Source of the DNA: Strigamia acuminata
Lineage: Eukaryota
NCBI GenBank assembly: GCA_949358305.1
Contig: OX442314.1
Location: forward strand, 16,554,001-16,618,000
Reading direction: 5' to 3'
DNA length: 64,000 bases
The stretch's first letter is position 1. Each line of letters starts with the position of its first letter. The translations under genes and the position numbers were made by a program. Below the pieces are notes generated by a model. The model searched no databases. It was not told where the DNA came from and saw only the letters and a list, made by a program, of their open reading frames with translations. Below are positions 63,371-64,000 of the stretch, piece after piece.

Positions 63371-64000
63371 GGTGGCATCACAATGGATTGCTAAGAATGG
63401 CATCTCAATCAAGCCGAATTTAATTCAATTAAACATATCGTGCAACAAATAAAAATAAAATTACTTTTTGTAATTAATTTTAAATTAAATTCAAACTTGT
63501 TACGTTGCAATTTGCAATGTAGATAAAATCATTCGTTTTCCTTTCGTATTCGTACAGCAATAAAATAAACTATTAAAAAAAAAAAGCGGTGCAAAATGAC
63601 GATTTTGTAAGTCTCGCTTTACTTAAGCTCAATCTCACTCTCTTTAAAATGTTGATAGTGCGGGCGAGAATACTTATCGACCACATTCGTGGCAAGCTCT
63701 CTTGCAGGATCATTTTCGGAATCATTTAAGGATAATATTACGTTTTCAAGTGCACGGCCAAGCAAAATTATATTCATAAACACTCGCATTTGTGATCAGC
63801 TTTGGCAAATGAATATACTGTGCGAAGGTGCGGCTGAAAATTTAACAGTTTTCATTATACCCACTGCAAATGAAACTGCATTACACATCGCGATTAATGC
63901 ACGAGTCTCTGCCTTAGTAATTTGTGGGGAGCAGAGCTAAGGTCGTGCTAGGGGTCTTTTTTCGCGGCCTTTCAGGTCGCAATAACTTTCGTAAGGTCAA

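Noticed and set aside
63964..63980. GCGGCCTTTCAGGTCGC as a histone 3' stem-loop
   Set aside because: It does not fit the 6-bp stem, 4-nt loop consensus, and there is no histone ORF upstream.

Overview
This is AT-rich animal (eukaryotic) genomic DNA. The TMTC3 protein looks arthropod-like, but the taxon cannot be fixed from this window. Two convergent spliced genes can be rebuilt by hand with GT-AG junctions and consistent phases: SEPSECS (+, 10 coding exons, 351-2871, 465 aa) and TMTC3 (-, 21 coding exons, 43419-5951, 851 aa). Upstream of the TMTC3 coding region is a complete, apparently very young BEL/Pao LTR retrotransposon (57420-63370). It has identical 329-bp LTRs, a GGTGG target-site duplication, an 18-nt tRNA-Phe primer-binding site and one intact gag-pol ORF. 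Its right end is non-canonical (..CAAA) and it has no polypurine tract. Non-coding DNA holds a 5S-rRNA-derived SINE-like element (about 44515-44820), at least seven MITE-type elements (one nested in another), hairpins, minisatellites and two possible decayed LINE relics. I see no CRISPR, tRNA or intact rRNA genes, and no clearly new multi-gene system. The best leads are the 5S-headed element and the unusual retrotransposon ends. All comparisons to known sequences are from recall, not from searches.
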